Assembly: GCA_016182425.1 (NCBI GenBank) | Contig: JACPGP010000014.1 | Location: 26,846-90,845, forward strand | DNA length: 64,000 nt | Source of the DNA: Candidatus Levyibacteriota bacterium | GTDB taxonomy: Bacteria > Patescibacteriota > Microgenomatia > Levybacterales > UBA12049 | Direction: 5' to 3' | In this document: positions 19,398 through 28,884 of the stretch, piece by piece | Numbering within the stretch: position 1 is the first letter of the stretch | How the letters are laid out: every line of letters starts with the position of its first letter | Position numbers and translations under genes: made by a program | Notes under the pieces: generated by a model | What the model was told of the DNA's origin: nothing | Database searches by the model: none | The model's input: only the letters and a program-made list of their open reading frames with translations

Positions 19398-20270
19398 ATG
19401 GATACGTATCACAAATCGGTTCTTTTACAAGAAGTTTTATCGTTTCTTAAAGTTGAGGGTGGAAAAAAATACATTGACGCAACATTGGGTGGAGGAGGAC
19501 ATACAAAAAAGATTTTAGAGCTGGGTGGAGAGGTGTTGAGTATAGATGTTGATCAAGATGCTATAGATTACGTTAGATCAAAGATCAAAGATTTAGGACG
19601 ATTAACACTGGTACGGGGGAATTTTAAGGATATTGGGGAGATTGCACGTTTACATGGGTTTGAGAAAGTAGCGGGAATTCTATTTGATTTAGGAGTATCA
19701 AGTCATCAATTAGATACAGCTTCCCGCGGTTTTAGCTTTCAGAAAGAAGGCCCACTCGATATGCGAATGGACAAAAACCTTTCTCTGAAAGCGGCTGATC
19801 TTATTAATGTTTTAACGAAAGGAGAGCTCTATGAGCTTTATCGTAGATTGGGTGAGGAGCGTCATGCTCGCGCCATTGCTTCGGCTGTTGTTAGCGCCCG
19901 TCAAATAAAGCCGATTGCAACAACAACAGAACTGGCAAAAATAGTGCAGCTTGGCGCGCCTAAAAAATTTTCGAATATAAACCAGGCAACAAAAGTTTTT
20001 CAAGCATTGCGTATAGCAGTGAATGATGAATTAAACAGTCTTGAGGTTACTTTGCCAAAATCTCTGGATTTGCTTGAAAAAGAGGGAAGATTGGTAGTTA
20101 TTTCTTTTCATTCCCTGGAAGATCGAATTGTAAAAAATGCATTTCGTTTCTTTTCGAATGCGAAAAAAGGAAAAATAATTACCAAAAAACCGATAACACC
20201 AAACTGGGAAGAGATTAAAAAAAACAAAAGGAGCAGGAGCGCCAGGATGCGCGTATTTGAAAAATTATAA
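19398..20270 (+). CDS. rsmH: 16S rRNA (cytosine1402-N4)-methyltransferase RsmH
   Basis: HKSVLLQEVL, DATLGGGGHT, DLGVSSHQLD, ISFHSLEDRIVK. Confidence 0.9.
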   Translation: MDTYHKSVLLQEVLSFLKVEGGKKYIDATLGGGGHTKKILELGGEVLSIDVDQDAIDYVRSKIKDLGRLTLVRGNFKDIGEIARLHGFEKVAGILFDLGVSSHQLDTASRGFSFQKEGPLDMRMDKNLSLKAADLINVLTKGELYELYRRLGEERHARAIASAVVSARQIKPIATTTELAKIVQLGAPKKFSNINQATKVFQALRIAVNDELNSLEVTLPKSLDLLEKEGRLVVISFHSLEDRIVKNAFRFFSNAKKGKIITKKPITPNWEEIKKNKRSRSARMRVFEKL

Positions 20271-20281
20271 TTAAGGAAGAT

Positions 20282-20566
20282 ATGAAAAAACAACATATTA
20301 TAGTAACAATTGTTTTTTTACTGATTATTTCTCTTTCTATTTTGCAAGTGGTTGTTTCCAACAGTCTTTCTATCACCGGTATCACACTTTCTCGTTTAGA
20401 AACGGAGTTAACAAACTACCAGAGAGAAAACGCGCTTCTTAGAGAAAAGATGCTACTGAATACTTCTCTTACGCAGATAGCCTCAAAAGCCGCCACGCTT
20501 GGATTCGAAGAGGGAAAGTCACAAATTGTGGTTGGTTCGCTATTGCCTATTGCGCTTCGGCCATGA
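20282..20566 (+). CDS. ftsL: FtsL-like cell division protein
   Basis: 94 aa with a single TM then a coiled coil. The position between rsmH and ftsI supports the call. Confidence 0.5.
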   Translation: MKKQHIIVTIVFLLIISLSILQVVVSNSLSITGITLSRLETELTNYQRENALLREKMLLNTSLTQIASKAATLGFEEGKSQIVVGSLLPIALRP

Positions 20567-22242
20567 CAGCCAGACTGCGTTTTACTTTCTTTTTTATAGT
20601 TTTTAGCTTCCTAGTTATTATCGGAAGGCTTTTTTACTGGCAGATTGTGAAGGCGGAGGAACTATCGCTTCTTGGACAATCGCAGTATGACGCCTTTGTA
20701 AAGATAACACCCAAAAGAGGAGAAATAAAAACCTCGGATGGATTTCCTATTGTGGCAAACAAGGTCTCGTTTTTGGTTTTTGCGACTCCCAAAGAGGTAA
20801 AAGAAAAGAATAAAACAATTGATTTTATTTCCTCACTTTTAACCATTGATAGTGCAACAATCAGCGCTCAACTTTCCCTTCCTCGATTTTGGGTTCCGCT
20901 AAAAACAGGTGTTGATAATGCCACGAAAGAAATGATAGAGAAAACAAGAATTGCGGGTATTGGTTTTGAACCACAGTTTACACGTCTTTATCCCGAAAGC
21001 TCAATGGCAGCCCATCTTATCGGATTTGTTGGAAAAGATGAGAATGGGGAAGATAAAGGATATTTTGGTTTAGAGGGATTCTATAATAGACAATTAAGAG
21101 GAAAATCGGGTATGGCGGTGCAGGCACGAGATGCGCTGGGTCGGCCAATTTTGTCTAGAATGAGTGGCAAGACAGGAGCGATTGATGGAAGGTCTTTTAT
21201 AGTAAATATTGATAGGGCAATACAGTTTATTGCAGAAAAGAGGTTAAAAAAAGGAATAGAAAGATATCAGGCAAGTGGGGGTATGGTTGGTATTCTTGAT
21301 CCGAAAACCGGTAATGTGCTAGCTATGGCTTCTTACCCTTCATTTGATCCAAAGACATACTGGGAATTTTCAGAAGATGTATACAAAAATCCTTTTATTT
21401 CAAATCTCTACGAACCAGGATCAACATTTAAAGCGTTGGTAATGGCCTCTGCTTTGGATGGTAAAGTTGTGAAACCAGAAACAAAATGCCCAGTCTGCGG
21501 CGGGCCGGTAAATTTAGGAGGATATGAAATAAGAACCTGGAACAATAAATATTATCAGAATTCAACCATGACTGATGTGATCATGCACTCAGATAACATA
21601 GGCATGGTCTACGCTGGGAGTATGCTTGGTATTGATCGTTTGCTTTCATATCTTAACAAGTTTGGTATAGGGCAGCTAACAGGAATTGATTTGCAGGGCG
21701 AGGTGGCACCCAACTTGCGTTCGGCTGATAAGTGGTATCCACTAGATATTGCAACACTCTCTTTTGGTCAAGGAATATCGGTAACGCCTATTGAGTTACT
21801 TTCTGGTTTTTCGGCAATTGCCAATGAGGGCAGGCGCATGGAGCCACATGTTGTTGCAAAAATTCAAACACCAGAGGGAGAGACGATAGTAATACCGCCA
21901 AAAGTTTTGGAGCAGCCGATTTCTCCTACAACGGCCAAAGTGATGACTGAAATGTTGATTAATGCTGTGTCAAATGGAGAGGCAAAATGGGCAAGGCCAA
22001 AGGGATATCGCATTGCAGGTAAAACTGGCACGTCACAAATACCTATTGCAGGACATTACGATCCAGATAAAACCATTGCATCCTTTATCGGGTTTGCACC
22101 AGCAGATGACCCCAAATTCTCGATGTTGGTGATTGTAGATCGTCCCACAACCTCAATCTACGGTTCCGAAACCGCCGCACCCATCTTTTTTGACATCGCC
22201 CGTGACCTTTTAACCTACTACAACATCCCCCCAACAGAATAA
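20563..22242 (+). CDS. ftsI: penicillin-binding protein (FtsI/PBP2-type transpeptidase)
   Basis: SxxK (GSTFKAL), SxN (HSDNIG), KTG (AGKTGTSQ). Confidence 0.9.
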   Translation: MTARLRFTFFFIVFSFLVIIGRLFYWQIVKAEELSLLGQSQYDAFVKITPKRGEIKTSDGFPIVANKVSFLVFATPKEVKEKNKTIDFISSLLTIDSATISAQLSLPRFWVPLKTGVDNATKEMIEKTRIAGIGFEPQFTRLYPESSMAAHLIGFVGKDENGEDKGYFGLEGFYNRQLRGKSGMAVQARDALGRPILSRMSGKTGAIDGRSFIVNIDRAIQFIAEKRLKKGIERYQASGGMVGILDPKTGNVLAMASYPSFDPKTYWEFSEDVYKNPFISNLYEPGSTFKALVMASALDGKVVKPETKCPVCGGPVNLGGYEIRTWNNKYYQNSTMTDVIMHSDNIGMVYAGSMLGIDRLLSYLNKFGIGQLTGIDLQGEVAPNLRSADKWYPLDIATLSFGQGISVTPIELLSGFSAIANEGRRMEPHVVAKIQTPEGETIVIPPKVLEQPISPTTAKVMTEMLINAVSNGEAKWARPKGYRIAGKTGTSQIPIAGHYDPDKTIASFIGFAPADDPKFSMLVIVDRPTTSIYGSETAAPIFFDIARDLLTYYNIPPTE

Positions 22243-22272
22243 TTTCTTCTCAAAAACGGTATAATAGAGCCT

Positions 22273-23412
22273 ATGTGGCAAGATGTTAAGAATGTACATC
22301 ACTTTTTTAGTTCTGTTTTGGCAAATGTTTGGTATGGGTTTCCCTCAAAAAAACTGACTGTTATTGGTGTTACGGGGACAGATGGAAAGACGACAACAGT
22401 TAATCTTATCTATCACATCTTAAAAAATGTAGGATACGAGGTTTCAATGATTTCATCGGTGGGCGCAGTTATCAATGGTAAAAAATATGATATAGGGTTT
22501 CATGTGACCACGCCATCAGCTTGGCAGATACAAAAATTTTTAACAAAAGCAAAAGGGTGTTTAATACTTGAAGTTACTTCACACGCGCTTGATCAATACC
22601 GGGTGTGGGGTATAGATTTTGCAGTTGGGGTTTTGACTAATATAACTAATGAGCACTTGGATTATCACAAAAGCTACGATAACTACGTGAGGACAAAAGT
22701 TCGGCTGCTTAAGAAAGCAAAAATTGCCGTAGTAAATAGGGATGACGACTCCTATGGAGTGATTTCCAATAAATTTATAACGTACGGAATCAAAAATAAG
22801 GCTGATGTAACGCCTAAAGTTTTTCCATTCAAAACTAAGTTGATTGGAGATTTTAATAAATATAATATTTTGGCTGCGGTTACAGCTTGTCGCCAACTTG
22901 GGGTTTCCGATGATAAAATACGCTATGCTATCGAAACATTTACGTTACCTGTTGGTAGAGCAGAGGTGATGCATGAGGATAATTTTACGGTAATGATTGA
23001 TTTTGCTCATACACCAAATGCCCTGGAGCAGATACTGCGATCCTTAAGACCTGAAATTAAGGGGAGAATTATTCATGTCTTTGGAAGTGCTGGAGAAAGA
23101 GACAGACAAAAACGACCCAAAATGGGTGAAGTGTCGGCAAAGTACGCCGATGTTATTGTTTTGACAGCTGAAGATCCAAGATCAGAATCAATGGAAAAAA
23201 TTATGGAGGATATAGAGCTGGGAATTCAGAATAAAACCGTGATAAAGATTACAGACAGACAGGAGGCGATAACGGCTGCAATTAAGATGGCAAAGAAGGG
23301 AGATTTTGTTTTATTAACAGGAAAAAGCCATGAGCAGTCAATGAATTATGGAAAAGGCGAGGAGCCATGGAATGAATTTGATGCAGTAAAACAAGCATTA
23401 AAAGAATTATGA
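22273..23412 (+). CDS. murE: Mur ligase, MurE-like, with a very short N-terminal domain
   Basis: GVTGTDGKTTT, TSHALDQYRV, TNITNEHLDYHKSYDNY, DFAHTPNALEQIL. Only about 30 aa precede the P-loop. Confidence 0.7.
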   Translation: MWQDVKNVHHFFSSVLANVWYGFPSKKLTVIGVTGTDGKTTTVNLIYHILKNVGYEVSMISSVGAVINGKKYDIGFHVTTPSAWQIQKFLTKAKGCLILEVTSHALDQYRVWGIDFAVGVLTNITNEHLDYHKSYDNYVRTKVRLLKKAKIAVVNRDDDSYGVISNKFITYGIKNKADVTPKVFPFKTKLIGDFNKYNILAAVTACRQLGVSDDKIRYAIETFTLPVGRAEVMHEDNFTVMIDFAHTPNALEQILRSLRPEIKGRIIHVFGSAGERDRQKRPKMGEVSAKYADVIVLTAEDPRSESMEKIMEDIELGIQNKTVIKITDRQEAITAAIKMAKKGDFVLLTGKSHEQSMNYGKGEEPWNEFDAVKQALKEL

Positions 23413-24830
23413 GTAAGATTAAATCAATTCATTTTGTAGGCATAAAAGGGGTTGGGATGGCGCCTTTGGCGATTATTGCTAAAGAAGCAGGATTTCGTGT
23501 TTCCGGTTGTGACATCAAGGAGGAGTTTATTACAGATGAGCCACTACAAAAAGCCGGTATTATTCCAATTGTGGGTTTTAGTAAGAATCATATTAGGTCT
23601 TGTGATTTAATTATTACTACAGGAGCACATGGCGGGTTTGATAACCTTGAGGTTGTAAGCGCAAGAGAGCAGGGTATCCCTATATGGACCCAGGGAGAGG
23701 CTGTTGGGAAATTTATGGAGGGGGAGATTTTTAATAGGAAGCAGTTTGGTATTTCGATTACCGGATCACATGGTAAAACTACCACAACCGCCATGCTGGC
23801 GACTGTTTTGAAGCAGGCGGGAATGGATCCTTCGTATATTGTTGGAACCGGCATTGTTCCATCTTTGGGAAGCAACGGACATTATGGTCGTGGAAAATAT
23901 TTTGTTGCCGAGGCAGATGAGTATGCGACTGAACCCAGTTATGATAAAACCGTTAAATTTCTGTGGCAGCGTCCGGAAATTGCGATTTTTACCAATATTG
24001 AGCTTGATCATACCGATTTGTATCCATCGGTTGATGTTATCCGAGAGGCATTTTTGCAATTTGCCAATCAGCTTCCTTTAAAGGGTGTGCTTATAGCGTA
24101 TGGTTCTGATCCACAGGTGCATAAACTATTGAGAGAGTTCAGAGGTCATTCGATTACCTATGGGTTTACACAAGACAATGATTTTGCCATTACAAGGGTT
24201 AGTAATTCCGATGCGCAAACATTCTTTTGGTTGTCAAACAAAGGTAATTCGCTTGGAGAATTTACGCTTTCCATCCCTGGAGAACATAATACTCTTAATG
24301 CAACTGCGGCAATTATAGCCAGTCTTGAGTGCGGAATTTCGATTGATTTAATAAAGCGAGGACTTATCAAGTTTGTGGGAAGCAAGAGGAGATTTGAATA
24401 CGTTGGCACGCTGCCTTCAGGAGCATTACTATATGATGATTATGCACATCACCCTACAGAGATAAAAAAGACTTTGTCGGCATTTCGAAAGCGATTCCCA
24501 AAATATAAATTAGTTTGTTTTTTTCAACCGCATACTTATTCTCGAACAAAGTCATTGTTCGATCAATTTGTTAGTTCATTTAATGCTGCGGATACTGTTA
24601 TTATAAGCAATATTTATTCATCTCTTCGTGAAAGACCAGATCCAACCATATCATCGAAGCTTCTGGTTGATGGAATACGTAAGTTTCATAAAGAGGCGCT
24701 CTTTTTGCCAGAGCTTTATGATGTGGTAGAATATATCAAACGACAACAGTATGGAAAGGATACTGTTGTTATTACTATGGGAGCCGGCGATATCTACAAA
24801 ATAGGTCAAAAGTTAAAAGTCAAAAGTTAA
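23409..24830 (+). CDS. murC: UDP-N-acetylmuramate--L-alanine ligase
   Basis: IHFVGIKGVGMAPLA, ITGSHGKTTTTAM, DDYAHHPTEI. Confidence 0.9.
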   Translation: MSKIKSIHFVGIKGVGMAPLAIIAKEAGFRVSGCDIKEEFITDEPLQKAGIIPIVGFSKNHIRSCDLIITTGAHGGFDNLEVVSAREQGIPIWTQGEAVGKFMEGEIFNRKQFGISITGSHGKTTTTAMLATVLKQAGMDPSYIVGTGIVPSLGSNGHYGRGKYFVAEADEYATEPSYDKTVKFLWQRPEIAIFTNIELDHTDLYPSVDVIREAFLQFANQLPLKGVLIAYGSDPQVHKLLREFRGHSITYGFTQDNDFAITRVSNSDAQTFFWLSNKGNSLGEFTLSIPGEHNTLNATAAIIASLECGISIDLIKRGLIKFVGSKRRFEYVGTLPSGALLYDDYAHHPTEIKKTLSAFRKRFPKYKLVCFFQPHTYSRTKSLFDQFVSSFNAADTVIISNIYSSLRERPDPTISSKLLVDGIRKFHKEALFLPELYDVVEYIKRQQYGKDTVVITMGAGDIYKIGQKLKVKS

Positions 24831-24836
24831 AAGTTA
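24806..24836 (+). repeat. tandem heptamers TCAAAAG/TTAAAAG alternating (14 bp x ~2.2), spanning the murC stop and abutting the murB start
   Basis: Direct reading gives tcaaaag ttaaaag tcaaaag ttaaaag tta. The murC TAA is at 24828-30 and the murB ATG at 24836. Confidence 0.95.
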
Positions 24837-25813
24837 TGGACACGAAAAGAAAAGAACTAGAGAAACTATTTGGATCAAGATTACGGCAAAATGAGCCGAT
24901 GAGTGCTCATACCACTTTTAAGATTGGTGGGCCTGCGCAGTATTATCTTGATGTCGATAAAACAGAGGATATTGTAAAGGCAGTAAAAGCGGCAAAGAGG
25001 CTTGGAATACCCCTTTTTATCTTTGGTGGAGGATCGAATATTATTATTTCGGATAATGGCATGAAAGGGCTTGTTATTAAAAATAATTGTCGAAAATTCG
25101 ATGTCTTCCAAATGAGCGGCAGAATAAAAAACCAAAAAATTGACCTCGCAAAAGCGCTGGTATTTGCCGAGGGAGGAGTGATTATGAATCAACTTGTTCG
25201 TTTTACCATAGAACAGAGTTTAGGTGGCCTGGAGTATCAATTAGGATTGCCAGGGACAGTGGGAGGAGGAGTATGCATGAACTCCAATTTTCCTAGAATT
25301 GGAGTCTATGTCGGAGATTGTTTGTACAGCGCAAAACTTGTGACGAAAGATGGCGAAGTGAAAGAGGTTGATAATAGTTACTTTCATTTTGCCTATGATA
25401 AGAGCATTTTGCAAGAGAGCAAAGAGATTGTTTTGTCAGTTGTTTTTCGGCTTTCACCAGAAGACAAAAAAATATTATGGGAGCGGGGAATGGAGGCTCT
25501 TGATTATCGTAATAGTACACAACCAAAAGGAGCTTCAGCTGGATGTACCTTTAGAAATATTTCAATTGTTGATGCGATGCGAGTTCCTACTCCTGATCGA
25601 ATTACCTCTGCGGGTTATCTTATTGATAAAACAGGCTTAAAAGGAAAAAGAATAGGAGATGCAATGATTTCTGATATGCATGCGAATTTTATTCTTAATA
25701 TGGGGCATGCTAAGGCAGAAGACGTGTTAGCTCTTGTGAATCTCATAAAAGATGAGGTGAAAAGAAAATTTGACGTACCGCTGCATTTGGAAGTAAAAAC
25801 CATTGGGTTTTGA
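24836..25813 (+). CDS. murB: UDP-N-acetylenolpyruvoylglucosamine reductase
   Basis: HTTFKIGGPAQYY, FIFGGGSNII, GLEYQLGLPGTVGGG. Confidence 0.9.
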   Translation: MDTKRKELEKLFGSRLRQNEPMSAHTTFKIGGPAQYYLDVDKTEDIVKAVKAAKRLGIPLFIFGGGSNIIISDNGMKGLVIKNNCRKFDVFQMSGRIKNQKIDLAKALVFAEGGVIMNQLVRFTIEQSLGGLEYQLGLPGTVGGGVCMNSNFPRIGVYVGDCLYSAKLVTKDGEVKEVDNSYFHFAYDKSILQESKEIVLSVVFRLSPEDKKILWERGMEALDYRNSTQPKGASAGCTFRNISIVDAMRVPTPDRITSAGYLIDKTGLKGKRIGDAMISDMHANFILNMGHAKAEDVLALVNLIKDEVKRKFDVPLHLEVKTIGF

Positions 25814-25818
25814 GGTTT

Positions 25819-27144
25819 ATGGAAAAATTTATTGTGAATGGCGGAAAAAAACTAACTGGACAGATAAAAGTTTCAGGTGCAAAAAATGTTGTGCTAAAGG
25901 CTCTTGTAGCAGCATGTTTAACAGACGAGGAGGTTATTATTGAAAATGTTCCGCTTATTTCTGATTTATTCACAATGATTGGAATCATCAAAGAGCTTGG
26001 CGGAACAGCAAAAGTTCATGATCATACGGTTATGGTAAAAATGGAAACAATTACCAACAAAAAGATTGCTTTAGATAAAGCAGCAGAGGTTCGAACTTCC
26101 TCGCTCTTTTTAGCGCCACTTTTAGCCCGTACTGGTGAGGCGTTGGTGCCAAATCCTGGAGGCTGTCGCATTGGAGCGCGTCCAATTGATAGAACCATTG
26201 AGGGACTTAGAAAAATGAATGTGTCAATTACATATAACAGCAAAGATGGGTATTTTCATGCCAAGACCAAAGACTTGCTGGGAGTGGAGTATTTATTTGA
26301 AAAGAGTACCCATACCGGAACAGAAACAATGATTCTAGTCTCTGTTTTAGCAAAAGGGCAGACAATATTGCGTAACGCTGCACAAGAGCCCGAAATAGAC
26401 GAACTTATAGAATTTCTAAATCTGATGGGTGCTCAAATTCGAAAAACACAAGATCGAACAATTATTATTGATGGCGTTTCTAAATTGCATGGAGGAAAAT
26501 TGATAGTAGGGCCGGATAGAAACGAAGTTGTTACTTATGCTATTGCAGCAATCATTACTGAGGGAGATATTACAGTGCAAGGAACGAATGTAAAAGGGCT
26601 TGTTGATTTTTTGGATGCCTTAGAAGCATGCGGGGCAGGATATGAGAAAAAAGAAAACGGCATACGCTTTTTTTACAAGAGAGAGTTGCGAGCAACAAAC
26701 ATAACAACTTCGTATTATCCTGGATTTATGACTGATTGGCAAAGTCCCTGGGCGGTTTTAATGACAAAAGCACATGGAACATCAGTTATTCACGAAACTG
26801 TTTTTGAGAGCAGATTTGGATACGTAGAAGAGCTTAGAAAAATGGGCGCACACATTACTTTCTTTAATCCCAAGGTAAAAGATTCAGAAAAAGTATATAA
26901 CTTTAATCTCGATAAAGAAGCAGCAAGTAGTTTTCATGCTATTAAAGTTTATGGACCAACGCAGTTGCATAATGCAGTAGTACATATATCGGATTTACGA
27001 GCAGGAGCAACGCTTGTTTTGGCAGCTTTGGCGGCATTTGGAACAAGCGCTATTTTTGGGGTGGAGAAGCTCGATCGAGGATATGAGGCATTTGATAGAT
27101 GTCTTTCACATTTGGGGGCAGATATCAAGCGGATAAAAGAATAA
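25819..27144 (+). CDS. murA: UDP-N-acetylglucosamine 1-carboxyvinyltransferase
   Basis: FIVNGGKKLTGQIKVSGAKN, GGCRIGARPID, SDLRAGATLVLAALAA. The ATG at 25819 is preferred. Confidence 0.9.
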   Translation: MEKFIVNGGKKLTGQIKVSGAKNVVLKALVAACLTDEEVIIENVPLISDLFTMIGIIKELGGTAKVHDHTVMVKMETITNKKIALDKAAEVRTSSLFLAPLLARTGEALVPNPGGCRIGARPIDRTIEGLRKMNVSITYNSKDGYFHAKTKDLLGVEYLFEKSTHTGTETMILVSVLAKGQTILRNAAQEPEIDELIEFLNLMGAQIRKTQDRTIIIDGVSKLHGGKLIVGPDRNEVVTYAIAAIITEGDITVQGTNVKGLVDFLDALEACGAGYEKKENGIRFFYKRELRATNITTSYYPGFMTDWQSPWAVLMTKAHGTSVIHETVFESRFGYVEELRKMGAHITFFNPKVKDSEKVYNFNLDKEAASSFHAIKVYGPTQLHNAVVHISDLRAGATLVLAALAAFGTSAIFGVEKLDRGYEAFDRCLSHLGADIKRIKE

Positions 27145-27147
27145 TAT

Positions 27148-28413
27148 ATGCAGGCAGTTATTTTAGCAGCTGGTCAGTCAAGCAGGCTGTACCCATTTTC
27201 CGAAAATAAGCATAAATCGTTTGTATCTCTTTTTGGAAAACCACTTCTTGTGCATACAGTTGAGGCCATAAAGAAGGCAGGGATTTTTGATATTGTGATT
27301 ATTGTTAACGAAAGATCAAATGCACAAAGTATTTTAGGGTTTGGTGAAAAGTTTGGGGTTAGTATTTCATATGTCGTACAGAGGCAGGCAAATGGTATGG
27401 GTGATGCCCTGCTTATGGCAAAAAGCATATTGCAAGATGAATTTACTGTGATACATGGGTACCATGTTGATGCCGAACCGCTCATACAGAAAATTCTTGA
27501 AAAAAAACATACAGGGGTAAAGTCGGTATTGGTGGTAAAAAAAAGCGCTGATTACCGCAAGCATGGTGTTGTTTCGGTTTCAGGGAATCGAGTTACTTCA
27601 GTTGCAGAAAAACCAGAGACGGGTAAAAAAGAAGAGCTATGTATTATTGGGGTGTACTTACTGTCGAAAGATTTTATTTTTGTACTAGAAAAGACACCAA
27701 AGGAGCATTACCAGTTTGAAACTGCTCTATCTAGATTTGCCAAAAATGGCAAACTTTCGTATGTTGCAGTATCTACTCCAACCATAACACTGAAATACCC
27801 ATGGGAACTGCTGGAGGTAAAAGATTACTTGCTGCAAAAGATACAGAAAATAAAGAAAAAAATAGGAAATAACGTCGTAATCGCAAAAAGCGCAGAGCTT
27901 ATTGGTGATGTTTGGATTGGTAATAATGTTGTAATTTTGGAAGGGGCTAGAGTAAAAGGTCCCTGTTACATTGGAGATAATGTAACTATTGGTACAAATG
28001 CGATTCTTCGAAACGGCTGCGTTATTGAAAGTGATTGTGTAATAGGAGCTCACATGGAGGTGAAGAATAGTATTCTTATGAAGAATACAACGACACATTC
28101 TGGGTTTATTGGCGACTCTGTGATTGGAGAAAACTGTAAGATTGCCGCAAAAATTACCACCGCAAATGTAAGACTGGATCGTCAGCCCATCAAAGTAACG
28201 GTAAAAGGCGAAAAGGTGGACACAAATAAAAGGTCCCTTGGAGTACTTATGGGAAGCAATGTTACCGTTGGGATAAATTGTTCGATTATGCCAGGGATTA
28301 TTATTGGTAATAATGTTGTTATTGGACCATCAACAACTGTTAAAAGTAACATTCAAAGCAATGTTACTTATTATACAAAGTTTCATGAGGTTATTGAGGA
28401 AAAAAGCGTATGA
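27148..28413 (+). CDS. sugar-1-phosphate nucleotidyltransferase + LbH acyltransferase (GlmU-like bifunctional)
   Basis: AVILAAGQSSRLYPFS N-terminus. Hexapeptide repeats occupy the C-half. The context is between murA and glmS. Confidence 0.6.
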   Translation: MQAVILAAGQSSRLYPFSENKHKSFVSLFGKPLLVHTVEAIKKAGIFDIVIIVNERSNAQSILGFGEKFGVSISYVVQRQANGMGDALLMAKSILQDEFTVIHGYHVDAEPLIQKILEKKHTGVKSVLVVKKSADYRKHGVVSVSGNRVTSVAEKPETGKKEELCIIGVYLLSKDFIFVLEKTPKEHYQFETALSRFAKNGKLSYVAVSTPTITLKYPWELLEVKDYLLQKIQKIKKKIGNNVVIAKSAELIGDVWIGNNVVILEGARVKGPCYIGDNVTIGTNAILRNGCVIESDCVIGAHMEVKNSILMKNTTTHSGFIGDSVIGENCKIAAKITTANVRLDRQPIKVTVKGEKVDTNKRSLGVLMGSNVTVGINCSIMPGIIIGNNVVIGPSTTVKSNIQSNVTYYTKFHEVIEEKSV

Positions 28414-28883
28414 AACAAAAAGTTATTCTTTTTGACATTGATTACACACTTTTCGATACGGAAAAGTTTAAGGGCACGAATTTGCAGACGTTTTCACTGT
28501 ATGAAGAAGCAGTTGATGTCTTGGCAAAGCTAAAAGAAAATGCGTATCTTGGGATTTTTTCTGAAGGAAATCATAATCTGCAAAAAACAAAATTACTTAA
28601 AACAAAGATTCATAATAGTTTTGCGAAAAGATACATACATATTGTAGCAAATAAAGAAGAGAAAGTAGAAGAGATCTTGAAAAAATATAAAAAATATTTG
28701 GTATTTCTTGTTGACGACAAACTTACTGTTTTATACCAGGCAAAGCAGTTGTTTCCTTCTCTTGTTACAATTTGGGTAAAACGAGGGAGATATGCGTTGA
28801 AGCAGTCTCCTATTGAAGGCTTTACACCAGATGCTATAATAGGAAGCCTTCGGGAACTCCCCCCGATTGTTTTGAGTAAATAA
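28410..28883 (+). CDS. HAD-superfamily hydrolase
   Basis: The ILFDIDYTLFD motif I is the main signal; 157 aa is short for a HAD fold. Confidence 0.55.
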   Translation: MKQKVILFDIDYTLFDTEKFKGTNLQTFSLYEEAVDVLAKLKENAYLGIFSEGNHNLQKTKLLKTKIHNSFAKRYIHIVANKEEKVEEILKKYKKYLVFLVDDKLTVLYQAKQLFPSLVTIWVKRGRYALKQSPIEGFTPDAIIGSLRELPPIVLSK

Positions 28884-28884
28884 T

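Noticed and set aside
21491-21508. cagtctgcggcgggccgg in ftsI resembles the CAGTT(A)CGGCGGGCAGG element
   Set aside because: The similarity is only partial, with no exact 10-mer or longer, no paired CCCGCC arm and no flanking repeats. It encodes CPVCGGP and may simply reflect Gly/Pro/Cys codons.
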